Part shown: one piece after another, positions 48,901 to 60,800 of the stretch
Position numbering within the stretch: position 1 is the stretch's first letter
Layout of the letters: each line of letters begins with the position of its first letter
Source: Blasia pusilla
Lineage: Eukaryota
Assembly (NCBI GenBank): GCA_050084515.1
Contig: CM114271.1
Coordinates: 310,001-374,000 of the forward strand
DNA: 64,000 bases
Direction: 5' to 3'
Position numbers and translations under genes: made by a program
Notes under the pieces: generated by a model
Database searches by the model: none
The model's input: the letters and a program-made list of their open reading frames with translations, nothing else
What the model was told of the DNA's origin: nothing

Positions 48901-51900
48901 TGGCAAACAAACTAGAGTTAAGTTTCCCCCCTGAAGTGTCTACTACAGCCCTGTTTCACTCCAATGCTGACATCAGTGTCTCTGATTTGCCCTTTTTTGA
49001 GGTGAACTTTCCTGGCACCTTGGCATACAACACTTTTTATTGCGGTGATGGTGTTCAAGGGAACTTCCATTTCCTTAAGACGTTTCCATAAAAGTGCCCT
49101 TGGTACAGTGTCCAATGCTGCCCACTGTCTCGTATTATATTTGGACTTTACATTCAAGAACTCGAGGAAGTGCTCTCTCAGGTGAAAGGAGACCCGGCTG
49201 AATTGGCCACTTTGTTGATACCCTGCTACTCAATGGGGATGACATCATTTTGATATCCCGAACAGTGCAAGGTCTACTACTATATCTGTATGCACGATGG
49301 AGATTCTGAGAAAATGATTGACCAGCAGAAGTATCTCCTTGTACAAAGTCAGAGCTAGCATCAGCTAGACCATCCATGATTTCAGCTTGTACACAATCAG
49401 CAAATCAGTTCCTATCTCTATTGCCAAATCAGAGCCCTACCATGATGTGACTCTTCTTACTATCTAAGAGATACTAAGAAGGATTCTACTCAGCCACACC
49501 TTGCACTCACAATACAGGTCCTCACATGTCACCAGCTCAGAGATCAGACATGGCTCACCATTGAGCACAAACAATCTCCATCAGCATACTAGGCAAAACA
49601 ACCTGCCTTCCAGTGAGGCTCTAGCAAGCACAGCAATTAGTCTCAATCTCCTCTTCCTACTCTCTGATCACTCTGCAGCAGGACCAAGAGCCTCAGGAGT
49701 CCTCACCAAAACTGTGCATGCTGTAGAATTGGCTTCTGCTCTCTAAACAGAGACATTATATACATCAGGGTGAGCACTTCTGGCCTTAGATCTTCTTGAA
49801 CAGATCCATACCCTAAATAACAGATGGTGGCTAACCCTAACTCGAGAATTGCCCTAATTCAAGGTTACCCTAAAAGATAGAGGAACACTAAGTTATCTCT
49901 AGCTAACTAAATTAGTATCCAACTAAGTTAGTATTTGACTAACTATTTTTAGAGCATGACTAAACTAGATATTAACAAATTTCAACACTCCCTCTTAATG
50001 AGAGTTTAGAGTAATGCCCATCATAGATATACACTTTCTATGTTTGTCCTGTGACAGAGGTTTTTCTTCACTCTCTTTACAGTGTCTAAGCTCCCTCCTA
50101 GCATCAGAAGATCATCAACATACAATGCTATGTACATAGTGGAGTCTAAGGAGTACACTCCTTGATCTGCATTGCTACGCTGGAATCCTTTCCTGATCAG
50201 GTAAGCATCCATCTTCCCATACCAGCATCTAGGTGCTTGCTTTAGGCCATAAAGGGCTTTCTTCAAGAGACACACCTTGCCTGGATGAGTATAACCATCT
50301 GGTACCTCCATGTAGATCTCCTCTTTCAGTTCTCCATTTAAGAATGCAGTCTTCACATCCATCTGTTCCACCTCCCAATTATGTTGAGCTGCTAATGCCA
50401 AGAGAACTCTGATGGATCCATACCTTGCAACAGGAGCAAAGGTCTCCTGATAGTCTAAACCAGCCTCCTGATTGAAGCCTTTTGCAACCAGACGTGCCTT
50501 GTACTTCAAGATCTCATTCTTTGGTCCCCTTTTTATTCTGAAGACCCATTTGCAACCAATGGTCTTTCTACCAGGTGGCAAATCTACAAACTCCCATGTC
50601 TCATTTTTCTCTAATGAGACCTTTTCTTCTGCCACAGCCTGCTCCCACTGTTTCGAATCATTTTGCTCATAGCCTCACTCAAAGAGTTGGGCTCTACAAC
50701 TCCTTCTTCAATAGAATGAGCTTCGTTTATCCCCAACCTTTCTACAGGTTCTACGGCGCCAAGACATGTGATGTTACACCGGAGTCCACCCACCATCCAC
50801 TGCTCCTCTTGAGATCTTTCTCACACGAGGCCATCATGAAAGAACAACAACTTTCATATTCAGTAGTCATCACTCCAGCAACCTTTGCCTTATCCTTCTC
50901 CCTGTAGGAGGTACTTTGCTTCTCCATCAACTTCTCTTGATTCTTGACTGCAGATCCACTCCTTTTGACTTTCTCTGCCCTTCTCAACTTCTTTGGACAA
51001 TTGCGAGCAAGATGTCCCTTCTCTGCACAAATGTAAGAAGTTCTGGTCTCTTTCCACTTCCTATCCCTGTTGAGCATGACTGTTTCTTCCACAATGACCT
51101 CTCGCTTCTGATCATATCTCAGGAGCTTGTTGGTCACAGATTCCCATGTAAGCAAATCTGCCTCCCAGGTTTCAAAGATTGTAACCATTGTATCAAATCG
51201 AGGAGGTAAGGAGGATAGCAACAGGGTTACCTTCCATATAGGAATCAGTTCCTGTCCAACTGCTTTCACTTGTGCAAAAGTTGACTCCATTTTGGCAATG
51301 TGAGCTGCAACTCTATCTGTGTCAGCCATCCTTGTCGAGCTCAATGTCTTCCATCTTTGCATAGCTAGAGTCAAAGGTGACTCCTTGTTCAAACTCTTCA
51401 GCTTGGACCAGATCTCGCAAGCATTGCTTATACCATCCACCAACTCCCTCATAGAGGAGTTCAGGGTCCGTTTGAGTAAGATAGCAGCCAACTGATTTTG
51501 CTGTCTCCAAGCGAAGTTTACCACAAGCTCTTCTAGATTGTGAGGTTTCATCTCAACATACACCCACAACCCTTTCAGCATTAGAATGTCCATCATGGTT
51601 CTGGACCATTCTCTATAGTTTCCAGCATTCAACTTCTCTACACTGCTGAAATCACTAAGGAGAAAGGTTTGCGGTGGGCCCATAACCTGAGAAAATGATT
51701 GACCAGCAGAAGTATCTCCTTGTACAAAGTCAGAGCTAGCATCAGCTAGACCATCCATGATTTCAGCTTGTACACAATCAGCAAATCAGTTTCTTTCTCT
51801 GTTGCCAAATCAGAGCCCTACCATGATGTGACTCTTCTTATTATCTAAGAGATACTAAGAAGGATTCTACAGAGTCACACCTTGCACTCACACTACAGAT

Positions 51901-54900
51901 CCTCACATGTCACCAGCTCAGAGATCAGACATGGTTCACCTCATTGAGCACAAACAATCTCCATCAGCATACTAGACAAAACAACCTGCCTTCCAGTGAG
52001 GCTCTAGCAAGCACAGCAATTAGTCTCAATCTCCTCTTCCTACTCTCTGATCACTCTGCAGCAGGACCAAGAGCCTCAGGAGTCCTTACCCCCATTCTGA
52101 GCAATTTGCATCTGCTGCATGCTCAGCAATCACTGCATCCTCATTGTGAGTTCTGTTGATGAATTTCTTCTTCATCTTGGAGTTCTTATTCTTGGGACAA
52201 CTGAGGAGATAGATGTCCCTTTTCCCTGCAAGTGGAACAGATTTGTGTATCTGTTCTTTTGTCTCTCCTCTCATTAGAAGTCCACTTTGCAGGTTTGAAC
52301 TTGAATGGGGATAACAGAGCTGAATCTGCCTCTTCATCTTTCTTCCATTCTTCATCCTCTCTTATGACTTGTGTTGTCACATACTCCGACGATAGCTCTG
52401 CATCCTTGTTGTGAAGGATTTTGATGATTGAATTGAACCTAGGAGGTAGTGTGCCTAAGAAATGCAAGATGGAGTTCTTGCCGTCAAAGTCAAGTTGTAG
52501 AGCAGGTTTCACCTTGAACTGCATAGTTCGAACCTGCACAACATGAGTTTGCATGCTCTGACCTTCTTCAAACTCCAATTTTCTGGAAGTTTGCCAGAGT
52601 TGTAACCCTTCACATACAACAACTTTCTCATACTGGTTTTGCAAGAATTGCCAAACCTTCCAAGCTAGACTCTCTTTCCTAAGAGTTTCAGCAATAGACC
52701 ATTCTGTATGAAGATAAATGGTGGAGTATGCATCACCATTCTTGTTTTCAAAATCTTTGGTTAGTTAGAAATGCCTTACATCTGGTAGTGGCCATCTGAT
52801 CAATTCTGGAGGGTCCATATTTATGAGAAAATGATTGACCAGCAGAAGTATCTCCTTGTACAAAGTCAGAGCTAGCATCAGCTAGACCATCCATGATTTC
52901 AGCTTGTACACAATCAGCAAATCAGTCCCTATCTCTATTGCCAAATCAGAGCCCTACCATGATGTGACTCTTCTTACTATCTAAGAGATACTAAGAAGGA
53001 TTCTACTCAGCCACACCTTGCACTCACACTACAGGTCCTCACATGTCACCAGCTCAGAGATCAGACATGGCTCACCATTGAGCACAAACAATCTCCATCA
53101 GCATACTAGGCAAAACAACCTGCCTTCCAGTGAGGCTCTAGCAAGCACAGCAATTAGTCTCAATCTCCTCTTCCTACTCTCTGATCACTCTGCAGCAGGA
53201 CCAAGAGCCTCAGGAGTCCTCACCAAAACTGTGCATGCTGTAGAATTGGCTTCTGCTCTCTAAACAGAGACATTATATACATCAGGGTGAGCACTTCTGG
53301 CCCTTAGATCTTCTTGAACAGATCCATACCCTAAATAACAGATGGTGGCTAACCCTAACTCGAGAATTGCCCTAATTCAAGGTTACCCTAAAAAGATAGA
53401 GGAACTCTAAGTTATCTCTAGCTAACTAAATTAGTATCCAACTAAGTTAGTATCTGACTAACTACTTTTAGAGCATGACTAAACTAGATATTAACAAATT
53501 TCAACAATTTATCCTTCAAATGTTGGGCCTTAGTATCAATGGAGAGTGCATTGCTTTATTTTGTAGGTTCTGTTCTCGTAGAAGGTGTTTCTTGTACCAA
53601 AAATGACTCTGTGTGCCTTCTGTTGTTGGAGTAAGTATGGTTTGGTTCCGGAAAGGACCATTCTGACTTCTGGCCTTAAGTTAAAACCTACTTCTGGTAG
53701 TGTTCTCTGCTTCAGTACATAGTGTGTATGTGTTCCATGCTGAAATGGCTGAGTCTGGCAGGAGAGTTTGTGGCAAGTGGCAGTGACGATGGGCGCTGGT
53801 TTATATGGGTGAAGAAAACTGGCAGGCTGGTGAAAATGCTTGTCGGAGATGAAACCGGTATGGTCAGCTACATTGTATACTGCTTCATTACTTATTTGTA
53901 AAGATTGTTTGTGACATGTTTCCAAATGTCCGTGAATTTTGTTTATTATCCTGCTATCATCAAGTTTAGCTTATGCAATGATGATCCTTAGAGTCCAGGT
54001 TGATGCAGATTCGTTCGGTTACTTTATGTACTCATGTTGTTACCTTGGTTGCTGTTTCATTCATGAGATCTGATATTTTGTTGGATTGAAAATTCTATTT
54101 GCCATTTTGCTGCTGTCATTTAAAGACCTGAATCTACTCTGGAAATGCTTCCTTAAATGTGCAATTGTAGAACCTTGACTTTCTTAAGATTGCATGCCAT
54201 CTCAATGAGATGGGACTGTACCACAATGAGGATTAGCCTTTGCAGCTAGAGCCCCCAGCATTTTACAAGAGAGAAGATATGGGTTCCTTGAACAACTACT
54301 TGGAAATGAGTTTTGATATATCTTTTGCAAATTGGGATTGTTCCTGGAGTACTTTGTCTCTTTTGACTTCATCTGTGATAAATTTGGGTGAATGCAGTTG
54401 TCAATTGTGTACAGTGCCATCCTTTCGATTGTGCAATAGCAACAAGCGGGATTGATAACAGTGTGAAGGTATGACCACATGTTTATAGATACCATAGATA
54501 ATAGGTCTTGACGAGGGTCTTGAGATTTGCAGTTTGCGATTCAGACTATTTCTCATTCCAGAGATCTCAAAAGAAGGAGCTTCATTCTGAGGGTGTTTTT
54601 GCAGCTGTGGACACCTAGTGAAAGCGATTCATCTATGCCAGGGGGTGTGATGCAAGGTCCAGAAAGGACAGATCTCCTGCGGGTGATGGATATAAACCAA
54701 CGTCATATGTGCCGACCAGGACTGTAAGTTTTACTCCTGCGAATGGAAGATTCAGTATAGCTTGGACCATTCAGTTCAATTCTGAGAGAAGACTGAGTTT
54801 GATCTTTACAATCTATTTATGAACTCCATTTCTGATGCTTTTATTGATCTGCATGTTATGATTAGTAGACAAGTTTAATGGCTTTTGTCCAGAAATTGTC

Positions 54901-55209
54901 TTTACTCTCATCTTCGTCCTTGAAAGAAGTAAAGCAGCTCTGAACCTGTACGCAGCGTTGAAAGATGTATCACATTCCATTTTTATTAGCTTGGTTGTGG
55001 GAGTCTACTTGACTGACTCAATCTTTTTAGAATTTGTACCATGTGCTTGGATTTTTCCTGTTCAGCATGTTCATTACAAGTGGACTGTACTACTTATTGT
55101 GTTACTGACCTGGACATGGTGCAACAGACCTGCAGAGTTCCTTCAACGGTTGAGAGTGCAGGAAAGTATCGAAGGTGCTTCTCATCCCTTTGAATGCACG
55201 CAAAGCTGA
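18938..55209 (+). CDS. ASG2: WD40 and tetratricopeptide repeat DWD/DCAF protein (ASG2 / WDTC1-like), 19 coding exons, about 773 aa
   Basis: Exons: 18938-19009 (GC donor), 19823-19915, 20908-20985, 21285-21419, 22912-23022, 23332-23460, 23929-24044, 24290-24407, 24865-24970, 25277-25416, 25829-25999, 26184-26294, 26523-26634, 46745-47115, 47389-47479, 53762-53857, 54398-54468, 54605-54723, 55128-55209. They sum to 2322 nt with consistent phases. Motifs: GHQGCVNALAWN, GHSGNIFCTKF, SASEDGTLRQHD, DAFARLYDRRML, a TPR segment (AIRDCNEAL), YVGHCNTGTDIKQASF, ASGSDDGRWFIW, and terminal CTQS. Confidence 0.92.
27065..32886 (+). mobile_element. Full-length Ty1/copia element A in intron 13
   Basis: LTRs 27065-27391 and 32561-32886 (TG..CA; about 10 substitutions and 1 indel), TSD TTGCT, PBS TGGTATCAGAGC (tRNA-iMet 3' end) at 27392, PPT TGAGTGGGAG. 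Gag-PR-INT-RT-RH with frameshifts (WYLDTGAT, FIDDFSR, LYVDD, GYSDAAY). Confidence 0.95.
27879..28493 (+). mobile_element. Solo LTR of copia family B inserted in the gag of element A
   Basis: TSD TGCAG (27874-27878 and 28494-28498), termini TGTTG..TTTTA. Excision restores gag SATTAAEAWTKL. Homologous to the LTRs at 35860 and 40553. Confidence 0.92.
33070..33750 (-). mobile_element. Solo LTR of copia family C (copy 1)
   Basis: About 680 bp, TGTTG..TCTCA on the minus strand, near-TSD GTTTA/GTTTT. Near-identical to the copies at 40689, 49307, 51688 and 52824. Confidence 0.9.
35624..41866 (-). mobile_element. Ty1/copia element B nested in LINE ORF2
   Basis: TSD TGGAA (35619-35623 and 41867-41871). 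5' LTR 41866-40553 (interrupted), 3' LTR 36486-35860 plus a duplicated LTR end at 35735-35624. PBS GGTTATGGGCCCAC, PPT TTGAGTGGGAG. gag-pol 40535-36494 with frameshifts (WYIDSGATSH, HSDVCGP, LYVDD, DADWAGD). Confidence 0.95.
40689..41370 (-). mobile_element. Solo LTR of family C (copy 2) inside the 5' LTR of element B
   Basis: Perfect TSD CTCTG (40684-40688 and 41371-41375). Confidence 0.93.
44537..45139. repeat. 166-bp inverted repeat (44537-44702 / 44974-45139) of LINE ORF1 sequence
   Basis: The arms are reverse complements with about 6 mismatches and a 271-bp spacer. Both encode ELVALRAENMQLKKDLAACF...WTEVVGKH. Confidence 0.9.
45290..46030 (-). mobile_element. Degraded RT fragment related to the LINE at 34-45 kb
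   Basis: LERKLTDWA...AGFQQSCSTLDHLLTLRVLIEE and NYRTIMV resemble the RT at 41.9-42.5 kb. Confidence 0.75.
46050..46458 (-). repeat. Degraded LTR-like remnant; its end segment recurs at about 45158-45262
   Basis: Shared AAATTACTATTTA...GGTAAAAC...AAACTCCAAGTTACTATGTTTTT block, a TATA-like site on the minus strand and a TTTAGGG cluster at about 46285. Confidence 0.45.
47750..48910 (-). mobile_element. Degraded copia integrase-region remnant in intron 15
   Basis: QQNRVAEHKNRTLREALLSML...YWEDTLLTANY, plus SDNGGEY-like and FIDD-like remnants. Confidence 0.7.
48945..49306 (+). mobile_element. LINE RT fragment with a 5' inversion, cut by LTR C copy 3
   Basis: Minus strand 49115-48945 encodes DTVPRALLWKRL...GVKQGC. 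Plus strand from about 49117 continues CPLSRIIFGLYIQELEEVL...GDDIILISRT. Confidence 0.8.
49307..52088 (-). mobile_element. Internally deleted copia family C element (gag plus partial RT)
   Basis: 3' LTR 49987-49307 preceded by PPT AAGAGGGAG. PBS GGTTATGGGCCCACC at 51687-51673. 5' LTR 51688 to about 52088, truncated. Gag ORF ends at the protease start WWVDSG; RT fragment 50635-50021; no integrase and almost no RNase H. Confidence 0.9.
52090..52820 (-). mobile_element. Copia gag remnant of another family
   Basis: FLGTLPPRFNSII and a degenerate knuckle CSTCREKGHL. Confidence 0.65.
52824..53506 (-). mobile_element. Solo LTR of family C (copy 5)
   Basis: Perfect TSD ATTTA (52819-52823 and 53507-53511). 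Confidence 0.93.
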
Positions 55210-55804
55210 AGACAGTGAAGTGGTGGTTTGCAGTGTAGGGTATGCATAGTGCGTCCTCTATTCCTTTGTCTCTCTCTCGCCCCTGGATGGAGTGCTTGCA
55301 AATTAGATTTTTGTACTGCTCTATACTCAAGGTTATGGTGACCACACGAATTTTCTTGGAAGTAGTGCTGGTATTTTATCTCCTTTAGATGTCGAGAGGT
55401 CATGACATCAGAATCCATTAAGCCATGTGTAAATATCAATCCAGATGTACAGAGATTCAGCTCCCTTGGTGCTGTGAAAGGTATAACATCAGATAATCTA
55501 GGAGACATATCTGATGTGGCCAGTGTCTTAGCTTGCCTATGTAATTTAGTGTGTACTCAAGAATCCAGGTGACTCAAAGCCTTTATGGAGCCCGAGTGGG
55601 TATTCTGAGACTGTACTTTCAAAGGAAAAGAGTTTCGATGATGACTTGGTAAGAAGTTATGGGCATGCTATTGTTAAGGGTTTTTGAACAATTTGTGACC
55701 TGTTACCAATCTTTACAGTGGAAGTGGGGTGACTTGTAAGTGTTAGGTATGAATATCATCCATGATTGGTCATTACGGTCATGTCTATATCAATCAATTA
55801 ATTG

Positions 55805-55915
55805 AGAATGAATGAATAGATTTATTTTCCACGGGGAACCCATAGGGCCACGGGACTTAGTTTTGCAAAAATAACAGCAATTTTAAGAAAGCAGCAACAA
55901 GGGCTTAAGAGGTAC
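55805..55915 (-). mobile_element. Short 3'-end copy of the RTE-X-like LINE
   Basis: GAATGAATGAATAGATTTATTTTCCACGGGGAACCCATAGGGCCACGGGACTTAGTTTTG matches 34125-34190. Confidence 0.7.
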
Positions 55916-58900
55916 TTTGAGAGTAGTACAACTTGAGGGTTAAGTGGAAGTCTTTGGTGGGTTTAGGGTCTCACAAAGAGGGTCCTCCACAATTGGATCC
56001 TTGTCTACTATTTGACTTGGACTTGGACTTGGAAGAGATGAGAGAATATTTTGACTAGGCAAAAAATTAAGCTTGAAGAAAACATCAAGGGTTTAAGGAG
56101 TATGAAGATAGCATATGGATCACTCTAATGGCTAATTAGAGACTCAATAAGCAATGTCTTTCAATGTGTTGGAGTTAGACAAGTTGCAGGAAATGAAAAG
56201 TGAAGAGGAACAATGCTGCACGTGGACAAAATAAGTGCTCGCATACTTATGTCCATCTCGAGCACGGACATCTCCTTGTGGGTTAGGTGGTTGCATGTAG
56301 ATTGGGTGGGTTAGGGTGCCAACAGGCCCCAAGTGGACGTGTCTGCCCCAACAGTATGCCCTCGTTCGGCTAGTACCCATGTCTCCCCAACGTGTTTTTA
56401 TTTACCCATTTTTAGCCTGTATTGGGCTTGCATGCCCTTTTGAGCCGTACCATTCCCATTGGTCATGAATAGTCCGTGTCGAGTGAGTAAGAGGCCCCCA
56501 GGTGACCCGCATATGACCCAGAAAGTTGCATGTGGACTAAGTTAGTGTTCATGGACTTCTGTTTGTGCCAAGGAGGGATAGGTGCATTCGGGTCTCGTTG
56601 TGGACGGTAGTTGCACAATCCGCAAGGGTGTAGTATTATGGTTTCACCTTAATACTAAGCCCTTGCTCAAGTAGCTTGTATCTCTTCCCTGCAATCCATC
56701 CCCATTTGTCTCATCCTATTTCTAGCTTACAATTGGTCAATGGGTATCGTGTCGGCGACGAGTTAGGCCCGTATGCCCTCAGAAGCTAGGTTGTCAACAT
56801 TCGTTGTGTTGAGTCCGTGAGACGCCAACGCGAAGCCCAAAGACAGTCCCTATCTTGGCGAGCCAAACCTACAACTCGGCACGCATCAAGTGTATGCCGA
56901 TATCCACGACTAGCTTGAATGCGAGCATGACTCGCGCAAGTGGTGTGCGTTGGTCCGCGTCTTGCCCCCTTTCCTTCGGCCTATCACAAGTTACGACATG
57001 GTAGCCTTGAATTCGTCCTCAGGGCTTGCATGTGATCCACGTCCCACAAATTCCACATGGACATATGGTGTGCTCTTATTTCTTGAGGCTAGATGTAAAC
57101 CCGTCTCCCCCTTTCAAAGACCTAAAATGAGATAAAAACATAAAGCGAAGGGAGGATTATCCCCTATTTAGCCCATGTTTATCCCATTTCCTACATGTTC
57201 TCCTCCTTTTCTTTGAGAGCAACATTAGCTTTGGAGTAAACCTCAAGTTTTTTCTATTGGTTTCACTAAACTTGTTTGGTGACCTTGAGATTTTTTATTT
57301 ATCATCTCGAGTTTAGGTATCTTTCATGGGCTTTCCTTAGCATATCGGGGATGTGGAGGTGGTTAAGGAAACTTATCTGAGCACACAAATATTCCTCTTG
57401 AGTGCTAAATCCTAAACCGAGCCATTATAGCATCACGAGTTGTCATCTTTTTGGTACTTCCCAATCTTCACCTTAAGATTTTGACCTATCTAGTGCTGTT
57501 TTCCTTTTGTTGGTTGTATAGATAATGTTCCTATCTTCCTTCTCTAAGATATATATGTTTAGTGGATTTGAGGCTAGGGTGGTGGCAGATAGTTGAATGG
57601 AGTCGAGTGATGGTGCAAAGAGGCAAAGGGTCAATTCCAATAATGGCTTCAAAATGGCTATAAAGAGGCATGTCTAGATTGATTTTTCTAGACGCTATTA
57701 GGTTCTGATTATGCACGTCAAATTCTTGCAACTAGATTCAAGAGGGAGATCCCCAAAGAGGCGGCCGTCCAATGGACAGATCGTTCCTAATCACTAGTTA
57801 AACAATTGGTATTTCCATTCTCTAATCCCGTGGACCAACGAACAAACCTTGGCAGAGTTTGTCCCTTCTATCTCTTATCCGTCCATCCATGGGGGTGTTT
57901 GAGATGTTTTTCTTGATTGGAGGACACGATTGGAAGGACGCACTATTTTTTGTCTAATCACGCAAGTAGATTTGAGATAATATTTGAATGTCTGACTATA
58001 AGGTGGTCTTTGTCAATTTGGCATAGTTCTTATTGTTTCAATGTCAAGCCATTGCACGCCCAAGGTGTGCAAAAAAACTTGCAAAATATACGTTGTCAAA
58101 ACTTTATGGAACATTTTATCTTCGTCCTATGATCCTCGGTGTCAGAAAGAGACTTGATTGCTTGCAAAAGCAGATGAGCGGACCTATTGTACATGTTATG
58201 GGTAAGATTTACTATTCATATCTAAATGGACTAAAGTGCTAATTCTACATGGAATTATGACTTCAAGGAAATCCTAAGGAGTCGAAAACCGAGAAATGTT
58301 TCAATCCACCAAAAGTATCCAAATTGGTGTTAGAGACGATCCTATATTTCAAAAGGAATGCATGGATTCCATGACTTTATCTTGGAATTGCAAGGATTGT
58401 GCAAGAGAATTTCAAAGGTGTGGAATTGGGAAGTCGATCGTGCTTGTGAGGTTAAGTGCACTTTTTGCCCAACAAGGTGTGAACTTGAGAAGAGTGTATG
58501 TCTATCTCAAGACATACGAGAAGGAGAATCCCATCGTTGCAGAGACAAATTTACAAGAATTTTTTTTATAGAGTTAGAAAATGCTCAATATCTTTATAAG
58601 GGACGTAATACTCTAATGGGGAAGATATTGGTAGTTTCACGTGGATGTATGTGGATTTTCAACAAGGATGTAGTAGTAGGAGATGATCCTAAGGATACTT
58701 TCGACTGAAGTTAACATATTCCACTTGGCTTTATTGAAGCTATTTACTATTGCATTAATATGTTAAAGGCAACATCTCCGTTATATTTGAGACAATCAAT
58801 GATGTCATAGAATTTATTTGCTAATATTTTACATCGAGGAATTGTTCCCATGGTTGTAAGGTTGGTCGAGGATCCACCCCGTGCATCTATCCGTACTTCA

Positions 58901-59640
58901 ATAGTGGGCACCTTGAAAATTGGATCGAGCATGTCATACCTTGAAGAACAGAGGGGGGAGTGTAGGAGAGTTACATAAGATTTGGAAAATGCCTTATGGG
59001 ATAATGAGTATTCCATGAACAAAAAAGTATGTTGGGCACATACCACAAGAGTTGACAAGAGGACCTAAGAATATTTATTGTAGCATAGCCATAGAAATCT
59101 ATGGCATAGTAATGAATCTACTAATGACAGTGGAAATTTTGAACTTTATGACATACAACCTTATTTTTTTATTTCTCTACTTCAACAATTACCAAGAATT
59201 TCAAAATTTCTGCTCTCAAAATTGTTATAACTTCACGCTCAAATGTTGAAATGGCATGTCGTTTCTTTGACAATATGCACAACTTCTTGATCTACGACAT
59301 TTTCAAATTTATTTCTCTATTGCACCTTTTCTAAAAAACTAACGGGGACTGTCGAAAGTCAGTTCTCCTCCAAAAATGTGGCAGCGCTTCCGTGCTAATT
59401 TCTCCCAGGAAAATGAGAGAGCTACATGGTGCCCTTGAGAACACCAACATGGAGCAACTCGCTCCCATACTCATACTCAATTTCTACCAAAAATTGGGTA
59501 GCGCTTCCACGCTAAACTCTTGTGTATGAAAAAACTGCAAAGAAACGACACCAAATGGAAGGCTCTTGCTCCCATGAGCAGTCATGTAAGTCATGAAGCG
59601 GGGAACATCATCCCCGACCTGCAACAACAATGAGGAACCA

Positions 59641-59742
<102 letters not shown>

Positions 59743-60134
59743 CTATCCTAACGAGAGGCTTTGATTACACGAAAGGCAAGGAGAACCATAGCCTCGCTGC
59801 CTTATACTAAGAGGTTCAATCACGAGAGAATGAGCTTTCAAGCTCTCTCTCCCTTTGAACTTCCTCTCCCAAGCTCTTTCCAACGTAACATATGCTCGTA
59901 GGTCACTTCTTTGGCTCTTGAATTGCTACAGCTGATCAAGGGCCACTTCAAAATTGGAAAGTTAACTTAATATGAAATGTTACCCGAAATAGTAAGTTTT
60001 TATATATGGCTCCAAATGAGTTGAAACCAAGGAGAAATGTACTCTCTTAGGTTACTAGTGGTCTCAACTGGTCATCTTGGACCTTTTGAAGGTGCTCTAC
60101 TAGATCTTTTAGATCTATCCTAACAGACGTGACA

Positions 60135-60800
60135 ACTCCCCAAGAAAGATAACTCCTATATGAGCACATAAAAGGATTGGATGAAAGTGGGTTCATTCAC
60201 TCAAGTAAGTTTCTTTTCATCTTGAAGAAGGATACATCTATGCGCTTTGAAGGCAGGTCCACCACCTACGAACGAGAGGCATTCACCTCTCTACGCTCAC
60301 ACAACATGGCGAATAGGTGCAATATGTCTGATGGTCCAACTCTAATGGAGATTGTACACATCATTAGGGTTGGCCTAATGGCAAATACCAATAATATCGT
60401 CGACACTAGCTACATCTGATTTGCGATAGGATTCGCCTCTCCAACTCTTGTGGAAACGGTTGGTGATTGAGGTACCATCGATGGTGTGTATAATGCCTCC
60501 GATAATGTGAATCACTGTTGATAAAGATGAATTTTCTTTCACGGAATTTGATTTAGAGACGTCCACCATCTCGACACTAGCTTATTGTTTTGCCGTGTCA
60601 AAATTGTGAGGGACGTCTTCGGTGTTGCACGCTTTCCTTCATCAGACCACTCAATCCGTAGGAGGAGGCATCCTCCATTTCAACACTGTAAGTCCATTGC
60701 ACATGAGTTCTTTCTTGGGCATCTTTGTCATGACCATACGGATTATGTCGTAGAGTATACTGTACTAGTAGAGGCCATATCTTATGTAGGGCCGTAGTAT
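60135..60800 (-). mobile_element. Minus-strand remnant of the gypsy Gag C-terminal/linker region; apparent PPT and LTR start at 60134
   Basis: The reverse complement contains TTCACATTATCGGAGGCATTATACACCATCGATGGT (compare 7965-8003) and GAGCGTAGAGAG...GGTGGTGGACCTGCC (compare 8220-8280). GGGGAGT is followed by TGTCACG at 60141-60128. Confidence 0.6.

Noticed and set aside
49307-53506. Single full-length element bounded by the LTRs at 49307 and 52824
   Set aside because: The 52824 LTR has its own TSD (ATTTA), and the PBS-adjacent LTR is the truncated one at 51688.
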